Shown here: positions 10,443-20,327 of the stretch, in pieces
Layout: the number at the start of each line of letters is the position of its first letter
How positions within the stretch are numbered: position 1 is the first letter of the stretch
Virus record (IMG/VR): IMGVR_UViG_3300045988_056908
Location: 65,792 to 129,791 of that record
Reading direction: 5' to 3' (one strand)
Source: a virus
DNA length: 64,000 bases
Program-made: the position numbers and the translations under genes
The notes under the pieces: generated by a model
The model's database searches: none
What the model was told of the DNA's origin: nothing
The model's input: the letters and a program-made list of their open reading frames with translations, nothing else

Positions 10443-10740
10443 GTATTGAGTTTGATAAAAACTTAATAAAAGAAACGTCTACCTCGTAATATTTATCGCC
10501 GAGAAACTTAAGCATATATATAATCCAGCTTACTATAGAAAGCGAGACAGCTACAGGAGGAAGACATAGGCTCACTAGGGCTATAACTACAGCCCAACCA
10601 GGCACAGATATTCTTCTCCACCTTCTCCACCTTCCAGAACCTAAATAATCTAGTTCATAGGTATGATAAAGTGTATAGTATAGGAGCGCATAGAGCACAA
10701 CTCCTATACAATCACTTATCAACATAATCTTTACGTCCAT
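10426..10740 (-). CDS. small membrane protein
   Basis: Two predicted TM helices in a 104-aa ORF. Confidence 0.45.
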   Translation of the reverse strand: MDVKIMLISDCIGVVLYALLYYTLYHTYELDYLGSGRWRRWRRISVPGWAVVIALVSLCLPPVAVSLSIVSWIIYMLKFLGDKYYEVDVSFIKFLSNSIHDTNI

Positions 10741-11005
10741 ACTTAATTAGTATTTCTGGACCACAGAATAATGTATTCCCTATATCCCTTACCATTATAC
10801 CATAATAAGACATTATCCTCTGTAATATCTACATATGGGTCGTAATAAATAAAGGCGATTATCAAGACTATTGCTAGTATAATAGCTAACATAGATTATC
10901 GAGTTTTAACGGAACCAGGTCTAGTGGTTGCAGCTTGGAAATCTTTTCCCTGCTTATCCCACCATGCCTGTTTATCCTTTAACCATTTTACTTTTTTCTT
11001 GTATT

Positions 11006-12022
11006 TCATTGTTCTGTTACGATTACGATTCTGTTAAATTCTCTATCTCCAAACTCAGTAGTGCTTCCGCAGCCTTTAACTATAAGCTTATCCTCTGGAG
11101 CGCCATAACTGATAAGGGCCTTCTTCATAGATTCTGCTCTAGCTACAGCTAAGTTGTCATTAAAATCTACTGGACCTTCTTCAGAAGCATATCCTTCAAT
11201 CATATATGACTTACCACTATTTGAAATATAAGCTGCTAACTCCGATACTGCAACATTAGAAGTTGTAGAGATTTCAGAAGAGTTCTGTAAAAACTGAATT
11301 TTAGGTGTAAGAAGTTCTACCTTAGTAACTACTATAGTATCAGTCTTAATTATTTCTACTGGTTTACGAGATTCCAATTCGCTATTCTTAACCCTCAACT
11401 CGTTAATAGCAGCATTAAGACTTTCTACTTCAGCGTCACTATATAGTTTCATCATAGGAAAGTTTCCTTTATTAGACTTAAACCGGTAAGTGGCTCCTAT
11501 ATAAACATTTACTTCATGATTTAGAGGAGTAGTCTTTGGAAGTAGCATATACTCTGGAGTAACATTTAGTGCCCAACTATCAGTAATATTAAAGTTGCAT
11601 CTAATTGCACCTCTTGCAGATACATTATTATAAACATCACCATAAGTATGATACCAACCAGCACCTATCAGTAATACAGGCTCAAATAAACGTCTAGAGC
11701 CTTCGTATCCACAAATAAGATTAGTTAGATTAGTAGTTACATTAGCTGTAAGGTTATGGGAATCGAAGAACGTTTTACTGCCTTGATTCATACCTGCCAT
11801 CATATCTAACTCTAGTCCGAAGATAGGAGTAATTTCTTTACCCACCGCAATATTTACTAATACATCATGAGGTTCAGCCCAACTTCTTGAGTTGTCCCAA
11901 ATTGTGGTACCTACATTACCAGAAACATACCAGTTATCTTTCAAACTTCCAGTTTCAACAACTTGTGCGCTAGCAAACACGCACATTAAACACAAACAAA
12001 TAATACTAAAAATTTTCTTCAT
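11006..12022 (-). CDS. OmpA-family outer-membrane protein (signal peptide, beta-barrel N-terminus, OmpA-like C-terminal peptidoglycan-binding domain)
   Basis: Signal peptide MKKIFSIICLCLMCVFASAQ. C-terminal MIEGYASEEGPVDFNDNLAVARAESMKKAL...REFNRIVIV matches OmpA C-terminal domain signatures. Confidence 0.75.
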   Translation of the reverse strand: MKKIFSIICLCLMCVFASAQVVETGSLKDNWYVSGNVGTTIWDNSRSWAEPHDVLVNIAVGKEITPIFGLELDMMAGMNQGSKTFFDSHNLTANVTTNLTNLICGYEGSRRLFEPVLLIGAGWYHTYGDVYNNVSARGAIRCNFNITDSWALNVTPEYMLLPKTTPLNHEVNVYIGATYRFKSNKGNFPMMKLYSDAEVESLNAAINELRVKNSELESRKPVEIIKTDTIVVTKVELLTPKIQFLQNSSEISTTSNVAVSELAAYISNSGKSYMIEGYASEEGPVDFNDNLAVARAESMKKALISYGAPEDKLIVKGCGSTTEFGDREFNRIVIVTEQ

Positions 12023-12038
12023 AATTCTATTAATTAAA

Positions 12039-12473
12039 TTAATCCCACCAAGACCTCATACGTTCAAACTTTAGTTTGTTGTATAAGTACCAGGCTTTTT
12101 CTCTTCTCAGATAATCTTTAAGGATTGGAGTATTCCAATCGAGATCAGCAGCCTTAGGGTGGAATCGATTCCAATTTTTAGTATTTATGTGTCTATCTAC
12201 AAATCCCTTTGACCCAGGTCTAAAGTCATGGTGATACGCAGAATCTATTTCTAGCACAATATCTAATAGCTTTAGTGCTAGATTTAGCTCTTTTTCGACA
12301 CGTTCATTGCCTTCCGCAATTCTAGATACCTTAAAGTATTCATACATTCTAATTAGGGCTTGTTTCTCTAAAGAGAGAACAAATCCATAATCGAATGGAT
12401 AAAACTTCATAGCTTCTTTGATAAGTTTCTTATTCTTATTCTTTCTTAGTTTCATATTCCTGACTTGCTTCAA
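12039..12473 (-). CDS. hypothetical protein
   Basis: 144-aa ORF. Confidence 0.5.
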   Translation of the reverse strand: MKQVRNMKLRKNKNKKLIKEAMKFYPFDYGFVLSLEKQALIRMYEYFKVSRIAEGNERVEKELNLALKLLDIVLEIDSAYHHDFRPGSKGFVDRHINTKNWNRFHPKAADLDWNTPILKDYLRREKAWYLYNKLKFERMRSWWD

Positions 12474-12879
12474 CTGCTAATTTATCTGCGAGATTATTCA
12501 TCTGAGAAAAGAAGTCTGAACTTGAAGTATGTCCTTTCACCCAACAAAAATCTATATTAGGACAAAATTGCTTTGCCTTATTTAAGACCTTGTCGTATAA
12601 ATTCCATAACTCTACGTTCTTCTTTCTTTTCCATCCTTTAGTAGCACATCCTATGACGTACTGAGAATCTGAGTAAATAGTCAGAGATTCGATTTTACGA
12701 CTTACTGCATTTAGAGCATAAATTACTGCTAACAACTCACATTTATTATTAGTAGTATTAGGAATCATCTTACTAAATTCATAGGCTTTTTCCCCATCAA
12801 TTACGAATACAACTCCTACTCCTCCTGTGTCTCTAGACGAGCTAAAAGCTCCATCAGTGAACACTTCTAGCCTGCTCAT
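12436..12879 (-). CDS. rnh: ribonuclease H
   Basis: VFTDGA...NNKCELLAVIYAL...DSQYV...KGH...NNLADKLA matches the RNase HI catalytic motifs. Confidence 0.85.
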   Translation of the reverse strand: MSRLEVFTDGAFSSSRDTGGVGVVFVIDGEKAYEFSKMIPNTTNNKCELLAVIYALNAVSRKIESLTIYSDSQYVIGCATKGWKRKKNVELWNLYDKVLNKAKQFCPNIDFCWVKGHTSSSDFFSQMNNLADKLAVEASQEYETKKE

Positions 12880-13267
12880 CAGCAGTATTTACTCTCATGT
12901 TAGTTCCGAGTAATATTGCTATCTTTAGCAAATCGTCTTGATTGTCACAAAATATATTATCTAAAATATAGTTTGCATAATCAACAATTCTAACTCTCTT
13001 TCCTATAGCACCATATTTTTCGTTAAGCCATTTAAGCTGAGGAGCAAAATCTTCTAGGTCGTCCCCTAAATGCCGTAAAGCCTTCCTAATAGGAACAGGA
13101 AACCACATTTTCTCCTTTATCCAGTCTAAATGACAATAACCAAACGCAAATGCTCTACTTAAATCCTTCTGAATAAACTCGTCTAACTCGAAATTTCTCT
13201 CATGCCTACCAGCTTCCTCGAAATCATCTTTCAAATCCTCACAAAAAATCTGATTAAATTCAATCAT
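12854..13267 (-). CDS. hypothetical protein
   Basis: 137-aa ORF. Confidence 0.5.
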   Translation of the reverse strand: MIEFNQIFCEDLKDDFEEAGRHERNFELDEFIQKDLSRAFAFGYCHLDWIKEKMWFPVPIRKALRHLGDDLEDFAPQLKWLNEKYGAIGKRVRIVDYANYILDNIFCDNQDDLLKIAILLGTNMRVNTADEQARSVH

Positions 13268-13658
13268 AACTCCAAGTTTCTAGGCAAGCTATAAGTTCCA
13301 GCATCCCATATCTGCAAATAACCTTGAATGGTCCAGTAGCTATAGAAAGATAAGGACTTTTGTTGTCATTGTACAGCTTCATTACTTCTCTTAGTAGTAC
13401 GCTAGCATTTCTGGATAGTTCGTAAAGAGTGGGAACTCTGTGTTCGTTCGGACCTACATACATTTTCCATGTACTTTTGCCTATACAGCGACCCTCGTCA
13501 TCATATTCTCTATGACTCTTGTCCCACTGCATATACTCCAGAACCTTATCAAAATCAAAGTTCTCCATAATGCTTTTGTATTGTTCCTCCAATGGGGGAC
13601 AATCATCCCTTGTCAGGACTGTTCTCTTTGTTTTGCTCATTTTTGTAACAATTAACAA
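13260..13658 (-). CDS. hypothetical protein
   Basis: 132-aa ORF. Confidence 0.5.
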   Translation of the reverse strand: MLIVTKMSKTKRTVLTRDDCPPLEEQYKSIMENFDFDKVLEYMQWDKSHREYDDEGRCIGKSTWKMYVGPNEHRVPTLYELSRNASVLLREVMKLYNDNKSPYLSIATGPFKVICRYGMLELIACLETWSYD

Positions 13659-13944
13659 GATTCTGTAAGTTGGACAACTTATCAGTTCTTACACTGACCA
13701 GTAGCCCACCCTTACGTAAGTTGTAACTAAGTTTAATTCCGCAATGATTTAGAATTTCGATAAACTCTCTCAATGCGCTTCCCTTTAACACATTTCTGTA
13801 GACTAGTTTCTGACCATCTTGATATCCTGCTCGATAGTATTCATTCGCAACATCAGAAATAAGCCATCGCTTAATAGGAGATACCCTACTTAAGAGTTCA
13901 TTGACTCTGGTTGCGATAAAATCCATATTACTGAATACTATCAA
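13603..13944 (-). CDS. hypothetical protein
   Basis: 113-aa ORF. Confidence 0.45.
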   Translation of the reverse strand: MIVFSNMDFIATRVNELLSRVSPIKRWLISDVANEYYRAGYQDGQKLVYRNVLKGSALREFIEILNHCGIKLSYNLRKGGLLVSVRTDKLSNLQNLVNCYKNEQNKENSPDKG

Positions 13945-14100
13945 TTACAAGACTATCCACACCTAGAGTGTCTACACTCATTGTGTCAGCAACTTCTTTA
14001 ACGATTGCGATAGAATCGTTTTCTGGAGCCTGAGTCTTTGTATTACCTGCACAAGCAGACATCAGTGCAACCATTCCGAAAAGCAATAGTACTTTCTTCA
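13924..14100 (-). CDS. small putative lipoprotein
   Basis: MKKVLLLFGMVALMSACAG: signal peptide with a lipobox-like Cys. About 58 aa, below the ORF-track cutoff. Confidence 0.35.
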
Positions 14101-14158
14101 TTTTTCTTAATTTAAATCAGTTAATAATCATTTTATCTATCAAAAAAAGAGTGGTTCC

Positions 14159-14182
14159 AGTATCTGTGCTTCACCAGATACT
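14159..14182 (-). terminator. hairpin (AGTATCTG / CAGATACT) with a downstream T-run on the minus strand; possible intrinsic terminator
   Basis: Perfect 8-bp stem and 8-nt loop. The T7 run lies about 10 nt downstream on the minus strand, so the spacing is not ideal. Confidence 0.35.
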
Positions 14183-14582
14183 TTCCCCACTCCTATCACT
14201 CCGAAGAGCTTGTACCATTATTAGGTTGGTCAACCTCCCTCTTCATCTTGTTGAGAATTTGGGATAATAGTCACCAAGTTTAAAGATTACTTGTAACTGA
14301 AGCAAATGCTGAAACCCTTAACAGGGCTTCGTAACTCCTCCAACAACTTGGTTGGTGAGCTATAGTAGGAAGCTAACACGCAGGCAAAGATGAAATCAAA
14401 GTCGAAGACCTGGTCACACTAGCGAAGACTAAGACAAAGACTCTCAATAAGAGAGTAATTTCAAGATTTTTGTGAGACCAGCGAATGTGTAAGTCAGAAA
14501 TCCTTAGATTTCCAAATAAAGATTCATATATTATTCCTAACGTATATATAAATTGTTAGCTTCCTACAGAAAATTCCTCTAA

Positions 14583-14924
14583 TTACTTAGAGGAAGGATC
14601 GCCTTGTTTCCTAATCTCTTCGAAAATTCCTAGAAGATTCGTTGGCAAGGTAATCTTTAGTTGAGAGATTCTCTCCTGTTCAGACGTTCTCCAGTTATTA
14701 AACTGACTTCTAAACTCTTGCATTTTAGAATTATATCTCTCATAGTCAGCCTTAAATTCTGCTACTCTATCTTGATATTCCCTTTCTCTAGTCATATCAA
14801 GTTTATTTACAGTCTCTTTAAGTTCTGCCTTCATAGCGTTCAGTTCTTTTTCATAAGAACGATACGTATCTTGAAGAGACATAAACATCGCATCAACATC
14901 CTCTACCTCTGATTTTAATGTCAT
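14583..14924 (-). CDS. coiled-coil protein (start uncertain; overlaps the 3' end of the upstream homing endonuclease gene)
   Basis: 113-aa ORF, heptad-rich. Confidence 0.45.
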   Translation of the reverse strand: MTLKSEVEDVDAMFMSLQDTYRSYEKELNAMKAELKETVNKLDMTREREYQDRVAEFKADYERYNSKMQEFRSQFNNWRTSEQERISQLKITLPTNLLGIFEEIRKQGDPSSK

Positions 14925-15336
14925 GAGCTTTCAATACTTTTCTTACAGTATCATCACTACATCCCACTTTCTCCGCAACTTTTTTGCAAGTATATCCCAT
15001 ATTGTACAGTTCGATTATCTCTTGATAATCATATAACTATGTTCCGTCACCACCCTTAGTAGCATTATAGCCTTTGGAGCCATAAGTTTCCAACTCTTTT
15101 ATCCAATATACCTCTCTTTCTGAAAGTATGTTTTCGTCCTTTACATATTCTAATTCCTCTACTATAAAGTTTTCAACTCCATATTTATTCATAGCATCAT
15201 ATAATGGACGTTTTTCACATCTTTCTTTTCGAGAATCCTTGCAGTGTTCCTAAAATCTTTCCTATATAGTAAAGAGGGTTTTACCAACGTATCTTTTATT
15301 GTTGATAATATTTGTAATGCAATAGATATATCCCAT
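14893..15336 (-). CDS. GIY-YIG homing endonuclease; needs 3 in-frame TAG codons read as sense
   Basis: MGYIYCITNIINNKRYVGKT...(TAG)ERF(TAG)EHCKDS... on the minus strand. GIY...YVG and RFxEH motifs. Ends at TGA. Length 444 nt, in frame. Paralogue of 24237-24812. Confidence 0.75.
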
Positions 15337-15423
15337 ATCATAAACTATTTATAACATTATTAATAATTGATTGAATTAGCTTTACCCAAAACACACCACG
15401 TGGAGGTTTCAATCTTGTGTTTC

Positions 15424-15509
15424 TACCCGAAGTGGGACTCGAACCCACACGCCCATTACTGGGCATCAGAGCTTAAATCTGACGTGTCTACCAATTCCAC
15501 CATTCGGGC
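15424..15509 (-). tRNA. tRNA-Leu(UAA), type II
   Basis: Cloverleaf: acceptor GCCCGAA; anticodon stem TCAGA/TCTGA with loop TTTAAGC; long variable arm; T-arm GTGGGTTCGAGTCCCAC. Confidence 0.85.
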
Positions 15510-15674
15510 ATAGTAATTAGCTATACTCACGTACCGCTAATCAACTTACTATAATAACAGTACAAGTGTTAAATTCAAAGTTAAAAACCGTTAACTTATT
15601 TAAACTGCAAACAAATGTTAATAAATTTATCGACATCAGTTCCGCAATCTACATAATTCGGAGTGATAGCTTCT

Positions 15675-16169
15675 TCAATTTGAGCTTCCATATTTATTAA
15701 GTATATCTAATTCCAATTCCTTAACTTTACTTTCATACAAGGAATCCTCAGCGTAGCCAATTCTGTCTAGGAATTTGTAGTAATCCTCTTCTGGGTTATA
15801 CTTACTAAGGATAAATTGCTTATAAGCGAATACACAGCTTATCCAACTATCGAACTTGAAGTAAGACATTGTTCTGGAATTATACAATCCGAACAGATTG
15901 TTATTGTCCTTACAAAGTTTCGATTTAAAATTGCCAGATTCCAGAACAGCCTGAGCTGTTATAATTGCTGGATTTGGAAAATCGTAATGCTTCAAAGTAT
16001 TGTACAATACTTCTTCGTTTACTTCATCCAATAAGTAGAATGGATGCTCTGGCAGCAATACCATTTCCTCCTGTTTCTGATTGAAATGTATCAGATGATG
16101 CAAAGAATAACCAGTTGCAAATCCGAATACAATACTAATCATAAGGATAATTAAAACTTTCTTTTTCAT
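15675..16169 (-). CDS. peptidoglycan hydrolase, glucosaminidase (GH73/FlgJ-like) domain with N-terminal membrane anchor
   Basis: AQAVLESGNFKS...NNLFGL matches the FlgJ-type glucosaminidase signature. N-terminal TM helix. Confidence 0.7.
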   Translation of the reverse strand: MKKKVLIILMISIVFGFATGYSLHHLIHFNQKQEEMVLLPEHPFYLLDEVNEEVLYNTLKHYDFPNPAIITAQAVLESGNFKSKLCKDNNNLFGLYNSRTMSYFKFDSWISCVFAYKQFILSKYNPEEDYYKFLDRIGYAEDSLYESKVKELELDILNKYGSSN

Positions 16170-16323
16170 AAAACTTCTTCTTCTATTAATCTAATATCCC
16201 AGTAATTTTGAGTTACCGCCCATTCTATAGCGTCTTTCTTCTCTAGAAAAAGAGGAGAGATCTTCTCATAGTTTATAGGGACTTGCCCGTCATATGCCGT
16301 GGGAATTGAAATATAATATACTT

Positions 16324-16626
16324 TCATATCTCAATTGAATTAATAAATCTCGCATCATTAGCTAATTGATATACAGTAGTATTTAGCTCTGGTACATAGA
16401 CTATATAGTAGTAATCAAAGAATTGATTATTATCCTCAAATCCTATGATTACTCCTTTTCGTCCTCCATCTACAATGCAGTCTCTATACATATATTTTGC
16501 AATATCTTGACGGATTCCGTCATGATTTATTACAGCCTGCAATGCAGAAAGTCCGTAGTAAGATGTATTTACACCCCTTATCTCATGTCCAAGCAAATCT
16601 TTATCAAAAGGAGAACTTACTATCAT
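16324..16626 (-). CDS. hypothetical protein
   Basis: 100-aa ORF. Confidence 0.45.
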   Translation of the reverse strand: MIVSSPFDKDLLGHEIRGVNTSYYGLSALQAVINHDGIRQDIAKYMYRDCIVDGGRKGVIIGFEDNNQFFDYYYIVYVPELNTTVYQLANDARFINSIEI

Positions 16627-16946
16627 AACAATACTTTAGTTAGGTCCTCTACAGTTAGATTAGCTATCTTCGATAATTCACAGATTTGGTTTGAGAAATC
16701 TAGCCTTGTTTTAAGTTCTAAATCCCTCCATTGCCGTACCTCCTCTCGACTCTTTCTAAGTTCTTCTTGTAAGTAGGATATAGCCGCCCTTGCTGACTTT
16801 AATTGCTCTGTAGAACAAACGACAAAGTGCTTAGCTCCCTTCTTATTTGTAGAAGGAAGAGCGGCCTCAGCCTCTTCAATACTATCGAACTGTCCTAAGA
16901 TAAAAGGAATATTATTACATTCCTTAATTAAATAGTACTTACTCAT
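16623..16946 (-). CDS. hypothetical protein
   Basis: 107-aa ORF. Confidence 0.45.
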   Translation of the reverse strand: MSKYYLIKECNNIPFILGQFDSIEEAEAALPSTNKKGAKHFVVCSTEQLKSARAAISYLQEELRKSREEVRQWRDLELKTRLDFSNQICELSKIANLTVEDLTKVLL

Positions 16947-17163
16947 CTTTAATTCCTAGATAATCCTTTAATAATTGAATGTTTCCTTCTCTCAAATGCC
17001 GAATAAAAGCCTCCCTTTCTCTCTCAAATAGCAGAATTTTACTCTCTAACAGGTCTATTCGTCTTTGTTGATTTTCCTCGTATTCTTCAATAGCGTCAGA
17101 AATTGCTTTAAGTATAGAAGATTCCTTCATAGCGCTACTCATTGTAGAACTCTTCGTCCCCAT
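16939..17163 (-). CDS. hypothetical protein
   Basis: 74-aa ORF overlapping its neighbours by a few nt (operon-like). Confidence 0.4.
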   Translation of the reverse strand: MGTKSSTMSSAMKESSILKAISDAIEEYEENQQRRIDLLESKILLFEREREAFIRHLREGNIQLLKDYLGIKDE

Positions 17164-17362
17164 TATCGTCGCCTATAGGATTCTCCCATCCGTACTTTAC
17201 AGCAGTAGCCTTAAACAAAGGCAACCCATACATAGCATAATTCTCTTCAGGATAATTCTCTAAGCCCTCTTCTAGAACTTGATTCCACCTTAGTACCACG
17301 TAGAACATTAGGCTAGCTGAAATGCCTCTCTGGTCTAGAGCCTTCTCAAAACCAAACTCCAC
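17135..17362 (-). CDS. hypothetical protein
   Basis: 75-aa ORF. Confidence 0.4.
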   Translation of the reverse strand: MEFGFEKALDQRGISASLMFYVVLRWNQVLEEGLENYPEENYAMYGLPLFKATAVKYGWENPIGDDNGDEEFYNE

Positions 17363-17562
17363 GTCAGACTTAAGTTGCTCTAGGATATTCTCTCTAGTCC
17401 ATTCCTTAGGCTCTGGATAAGGCTCATCACCATCGTACTTGAAGCCTATTTTTCTAACTGCTCTTCTGTTAAAAACTTTGCTAATCTAGAACCGAAACGG
17501 TCATCGAGAACTACGGCATAGTCTTTGTAATTGTCTAAAATCTCATTTAACGTTTTCATTTT

Positions 17563-17883
17563 TTACATATCTTTTAGGTAAATATTTTGAGGATATTCCC
17601 CGAATACTGATAGAGTTACAGCACAAATCCATACCCTGTCATTGTAATTCTTACTTTTGCATAAGTAAGTTGCTCCACATTCATCCTCCTCAATTTTAGA
17701 CAACGTTATCTTAGCTGCAGCTGGGTCAACCATCTGCAATCTAACAAACTTATTATCTAGAGAATCAAGAAGTTCATCTGCACCACCAACCATTGCTAGT
17801 TCCTCTGGTGTTCCGTCATAATCTGGCCACCAATAGAACCAGACTCCTCCAACCTTTATAAACTCAAATGTTTTTCTCATCAA
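17563..17883 (-). CDS. hypothetical protein
   Basis: 106-aa ORF. Confidence 0.45.
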   Translation of the reverse strand: MMRKTFEFIKVGGVWFYWWPDYDGTPEELAMVGGADELLDSLDNKFVRLQMVDPAAAKITLSKIEEDECGATYLCKSKNYNDRVWICAVTLSVFGEYPQNIYLKDM

Positions 17884-17940
17884 TTATTAATTATATTAAA
17901 CAAAAAATACCCCAACAACTTTCGCTGCTGGGGTACATAG

Positions 17941-18012
17941 TAACGCCAACGGGATTCGAACCCGTATGGCAGGCGTGAAAAGCCTAAATCCTAACCATTA
18001 GATGATGGCGCT
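17941..18012 (-). tRNA. tRNA-Glu(UUC)
   Basis: Acceptor AGCGCCA/TGGCGTT; anticodon loop TTTTCAC; T-arm ACGGGTTCGAATCCCGT. Confidence 0.8.
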
Positions 18013-18015
18013 ATC

Positions 18016-18690
18016 CTACTGCACAATCAAGCTATAAGCTTCTTGCAACAGTTTAATAGTTGGAACCATACGGTTATCAACAACTATTATTTTATAAATG
18101 TTCAGAATTTCTTTGTAGGTTAAAGATGTACAAGTTAGAAATATCTGCACATCTTCGTTTACAGAACCATTTGACAATCCCAAATCTACTTTAATCATAC
18201 TGGGTAATGTTCCAATCTGAGAAATATCCCAAGTAGATTTAGTTCTCCTGAAAACTTCCCGCTGTTTGGAAGTAAGTTGCTTTTCTTTCAATCTAGACTC
18301 AATAATAGTACCATCAAACGTTAACGAACCTCCATCGGTATTACTATTATTTAATGCTAGCTGAATCTTCTGAACTGCAGAGTCTTTAGGTTTTGGCTTA
18401 AGTTGCACTCCTTCCTTCAAGCCCTTAATAATCTGCAATGAAGGAATAAAGTCTTTTATTTGAGTTGCATTCCATACAAGAAATTTTCCAGGACTATCCT
18501 TAACAGTAACTATATACTTAGTCCCTCCGTTCAATGGGATAATTACTTGTAAGTCTGCATCACTCATTTTACTTAAATGGTCTGATACTCTAACTTTGAC
18601 GTTTCCAATGACAAAGTAGCGAGAAACAGTTGTTTCCGCTTCGATAATCTCAGTAGCAGTTGCTACTAAATACTTTTCTAATCTAGTCAT
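18016..18690 (-). CDS. hypothetical protein
   Basis: 224-aa ORF. Confidence 0.5.
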   Translation of the reverse strand: MTRLEKYLVATATEIIEAETTVSRYFVIGNVKVRVSDHLSKMSDADLQVIIPLNGGTKYIVTVKDSPGKFLVWNATQIKDFIPSLQIIKGLKEGVQLKPKPKDSAVQKIQLALNNSNTDGGSLTFDGTIIESRLKEKQLTSKQREVFRRTKSTWDISQIGTLPSMIKVDLGLSNGSVNEDVQIFLTCTSLTYKEILNIYKIIVVDNRMVPTIKLLQEAYSLIVQ

Positions 18691-18717
18691 AAAAATTAAT
18701 CTGATTTAATGGTTAAG

Positions 18718-18790
18718 ATCCCCCACTCGGATTCGAACCGAGGTCTCGAGATTACAAATCACGTGTTCTAACCAACTAAACTACAGGGGA
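18718..18790 (-). tRNA. tRNA-Thr(UGU)
   Basis: Anticodon loop TTTGTAA; T-arm CTCGGTTCGAATCCGAG; acceptor has two G-U pairs; one mismatch in the anticodon stem. Confidence 0.65.
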
Positions 18791-18796
18791 ATAAAT

Positions 18797-18834
18797 GCCG
18801 AGACTGGGGGATTCGAACCCCAACCTTCACAGTG
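18797..18834 (-). pseudogene. tRNA 3'-half remnant (T-arm plus acceptor 3' strand only)
   Basis: GGTTGGGGTTCGAATCCCCCAGTCTCGGCA has no matching 5' half. Lies between tRNA-Asp and tRNA-Thr. Confidence 0.45.
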
Positions 18835-18906
18835 CCGAGAGTACCAGACTCGAACTGGTGACCTTCGCATAGACAGTGCACTATTCTACCACTGAACTAA
18901 CCCTCG
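18835..18906 (-). tRNA. tRNA-Asp(GUC)
   Basis: D-arm TAGTTCAGTGGTAGAATA; anticodon loop CTGTCTA; T-arm ACCAGTTCGAGTCTGGT; acceptor CGAGGGT/ACTCTCG. Confidence 0.75.
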
Positions 18907-18917
18907 GTGTAACTGGA

Positions 18918-19469
18918 TTACTCCAGACTAATTAAACCCTTCTCTAACATAATATGGTGATTCGGACATAACCATACTAAATTATTCTCGTTGTTAATCT
19001 CCTTAATAAGAGTGTCTTCGTCAAATCCTAATATTCCTTTAAGATGATGTACTTCAAGTATTGCATCAAATTCATGATTATGACAATATTGACATACTTT
19101 CTCACGTTCGGAACTTTCTAATACTCTACGAGCATTAGTCCTTATTTCTTGACATTTAGATGATAAGTACTTCTGCCCAGATGTATAATAACCTAATGTT
19201 TTGTTACCAATTCCATTAAGTTCTTCCCAGCAACTACGACACATTTCTGAATCTTTATGCTTAGGTTTACCACATCTAGGACATATCTTGTTTTCATCGT
19301 GCTTTATCCTACCTCTATTATTGTAAGAAGCAGCACACGAATGACTACAAAACTGTTTCTTCCTCACATCTGCGACCCTCTGATTATCTAGTACTTCGAT
19401 TACCTTACCACATTCCTTACAGTGGTTAGGATTCTCATAATACAATTTAAGAGATTGTTCTCGATTCAC
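18918..19469 (-). CDS. HNH endonuclease with Zn-ribbon motifs
   Basis: CKECG, CPRCG, and EVHHL...NLVWLCPNHH. No in-frame TAG. Confidence 0.75.
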   Translation of the reverse strand: MNREQSLKLYYENPNHCKECGKVIEVLDNQRVADVRKKQFCSHSCAASYNNRGRIKHDENKICPRCGKPKHKDSEMCRSCWEELNGIGNKTLGYYTSGQKYLSSKCQEIRTNARRVLESSEREKVCQYCHNHEFDAILEVHHLKGILGFDEDTLIKEINNENNLVWLCPNHHIMLEKGLISLE

Positions 19470-19641
19470 AGATAAGTTTAATTAATTTTAATGACAGTGT
19501 GATATGCAAGCCATTACACCACAGCCTCGAAAATGCAGGTATTTATCTCGTTACACCTGCGAGTCCGGCAATCCTTTCTTATATACCGCGTGAGCTGGCG
19601 GTTTTGTAGGGCTAATCAGACTTGAACTGATAACCTCCACA

Positions 19642-20190
19642 TCATAGCGCAATTACTCCTGCGTGAATTTCTCTGTGACACCTACAACAGAGAAGTATAC
19701 ATTTATCTACCTCTTTCTTTAAAAGTTCTATAGGTTTGTGCTACCCAGATAATGAGAAATCTTTCTCGCTTGGGTCGAGGTGATGAAAGTCTAATGCTTC
19801 ATTACATCTATTATAGCCGCATATCTAACACTTTCCACCTTTATACTCGACTAGTTCCTATTTTGTACGCTTTCTATATTCTTTAACGTTGTCGTAGCCA
19901 GTTTTAGGAGTTATCTTTTTGCTTACTATAACGTTTCGAAGTCTATTATAGGATATTCCAGAGAGTCTCGCAACCTCTTTTATGTTACCTATTTCGTCAT
20001 ACATTTTCTAAACTTCTATAATTTTCTCTGGAGTTAGCTCAACTATCTTTTGGCATAATCCAAATTCTTTACAGATATTAGAAACAGAACCTTTTCCAAT
20101 AGACAATTCTTCAGATATTTTATCATAAGAATATCCATTTTCTCTAAGAACTTTTACTTGTTGTTTGATTTGTTCAGAAATTTTCTACAT
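19642..20190 (-). CDS. HTH plus HNH homing endonuclease; needs 5 in-frame TAG codons read as sense
   Basis: Minus-strand reading M(TAG)KISEQIKQQVKVLRENGYSYDKISEELSIGKGSVSNICKEFG...ICGYNRCNEALDFHHLDPSEKDFSLSG(TAG)HKP...CILLCCRCHREIHAGVIAL then TGA. 549 nt, in frame. Confidence 0.7.
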
Positions 20191-20207
20191 ATTATTTACA
20201 GTATTAG

Positions 20208-20279
20208 TTGGGAAGGACAGAGTTGAACTGCCGTCTAGAAATTATCAGTTTCTTGTTCTAACCGTTAAACTACATCCCA
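20208..20279 (-). tRNA. tRNA-Ile(GAU)
   Basis: Anticodon stem AGAAA/TTTCT with loop CTGATAA; D-arm GTTTAACGGTTAGAAC; T-arm GGCAGTTCAACTCTGTC. Confidence 0.75.
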
Positions 20280-20290
20280 ATATTATTGAT

Positions 20291-20320
20291 GTGGTGCTCT
20301 AACCAGTTGAGCTATAGCCC
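20291..20320 (-). pseudogene. tRNA 5'-half remnant (acceptor plus D-arm, no 3' half)
   Basis: GGGCTATAGCTCAACTGGTTAGAGCACCAC, followed directly by the next tRNA. D-arm resembles the tRNA-Met at 29602-29676. Confidence 0.4.
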
Positions 20321-20327
20321 TGTTATG

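Noticed and set aside
19620-19700. T-loop-like GTTCAAGTC motif suggesting another tRNA
   Set aside because: It lies inside the TAG-recoded HNH endonuclease CDS (encodes ...CHREIHAGVIAL) and no cloverleaf forms.
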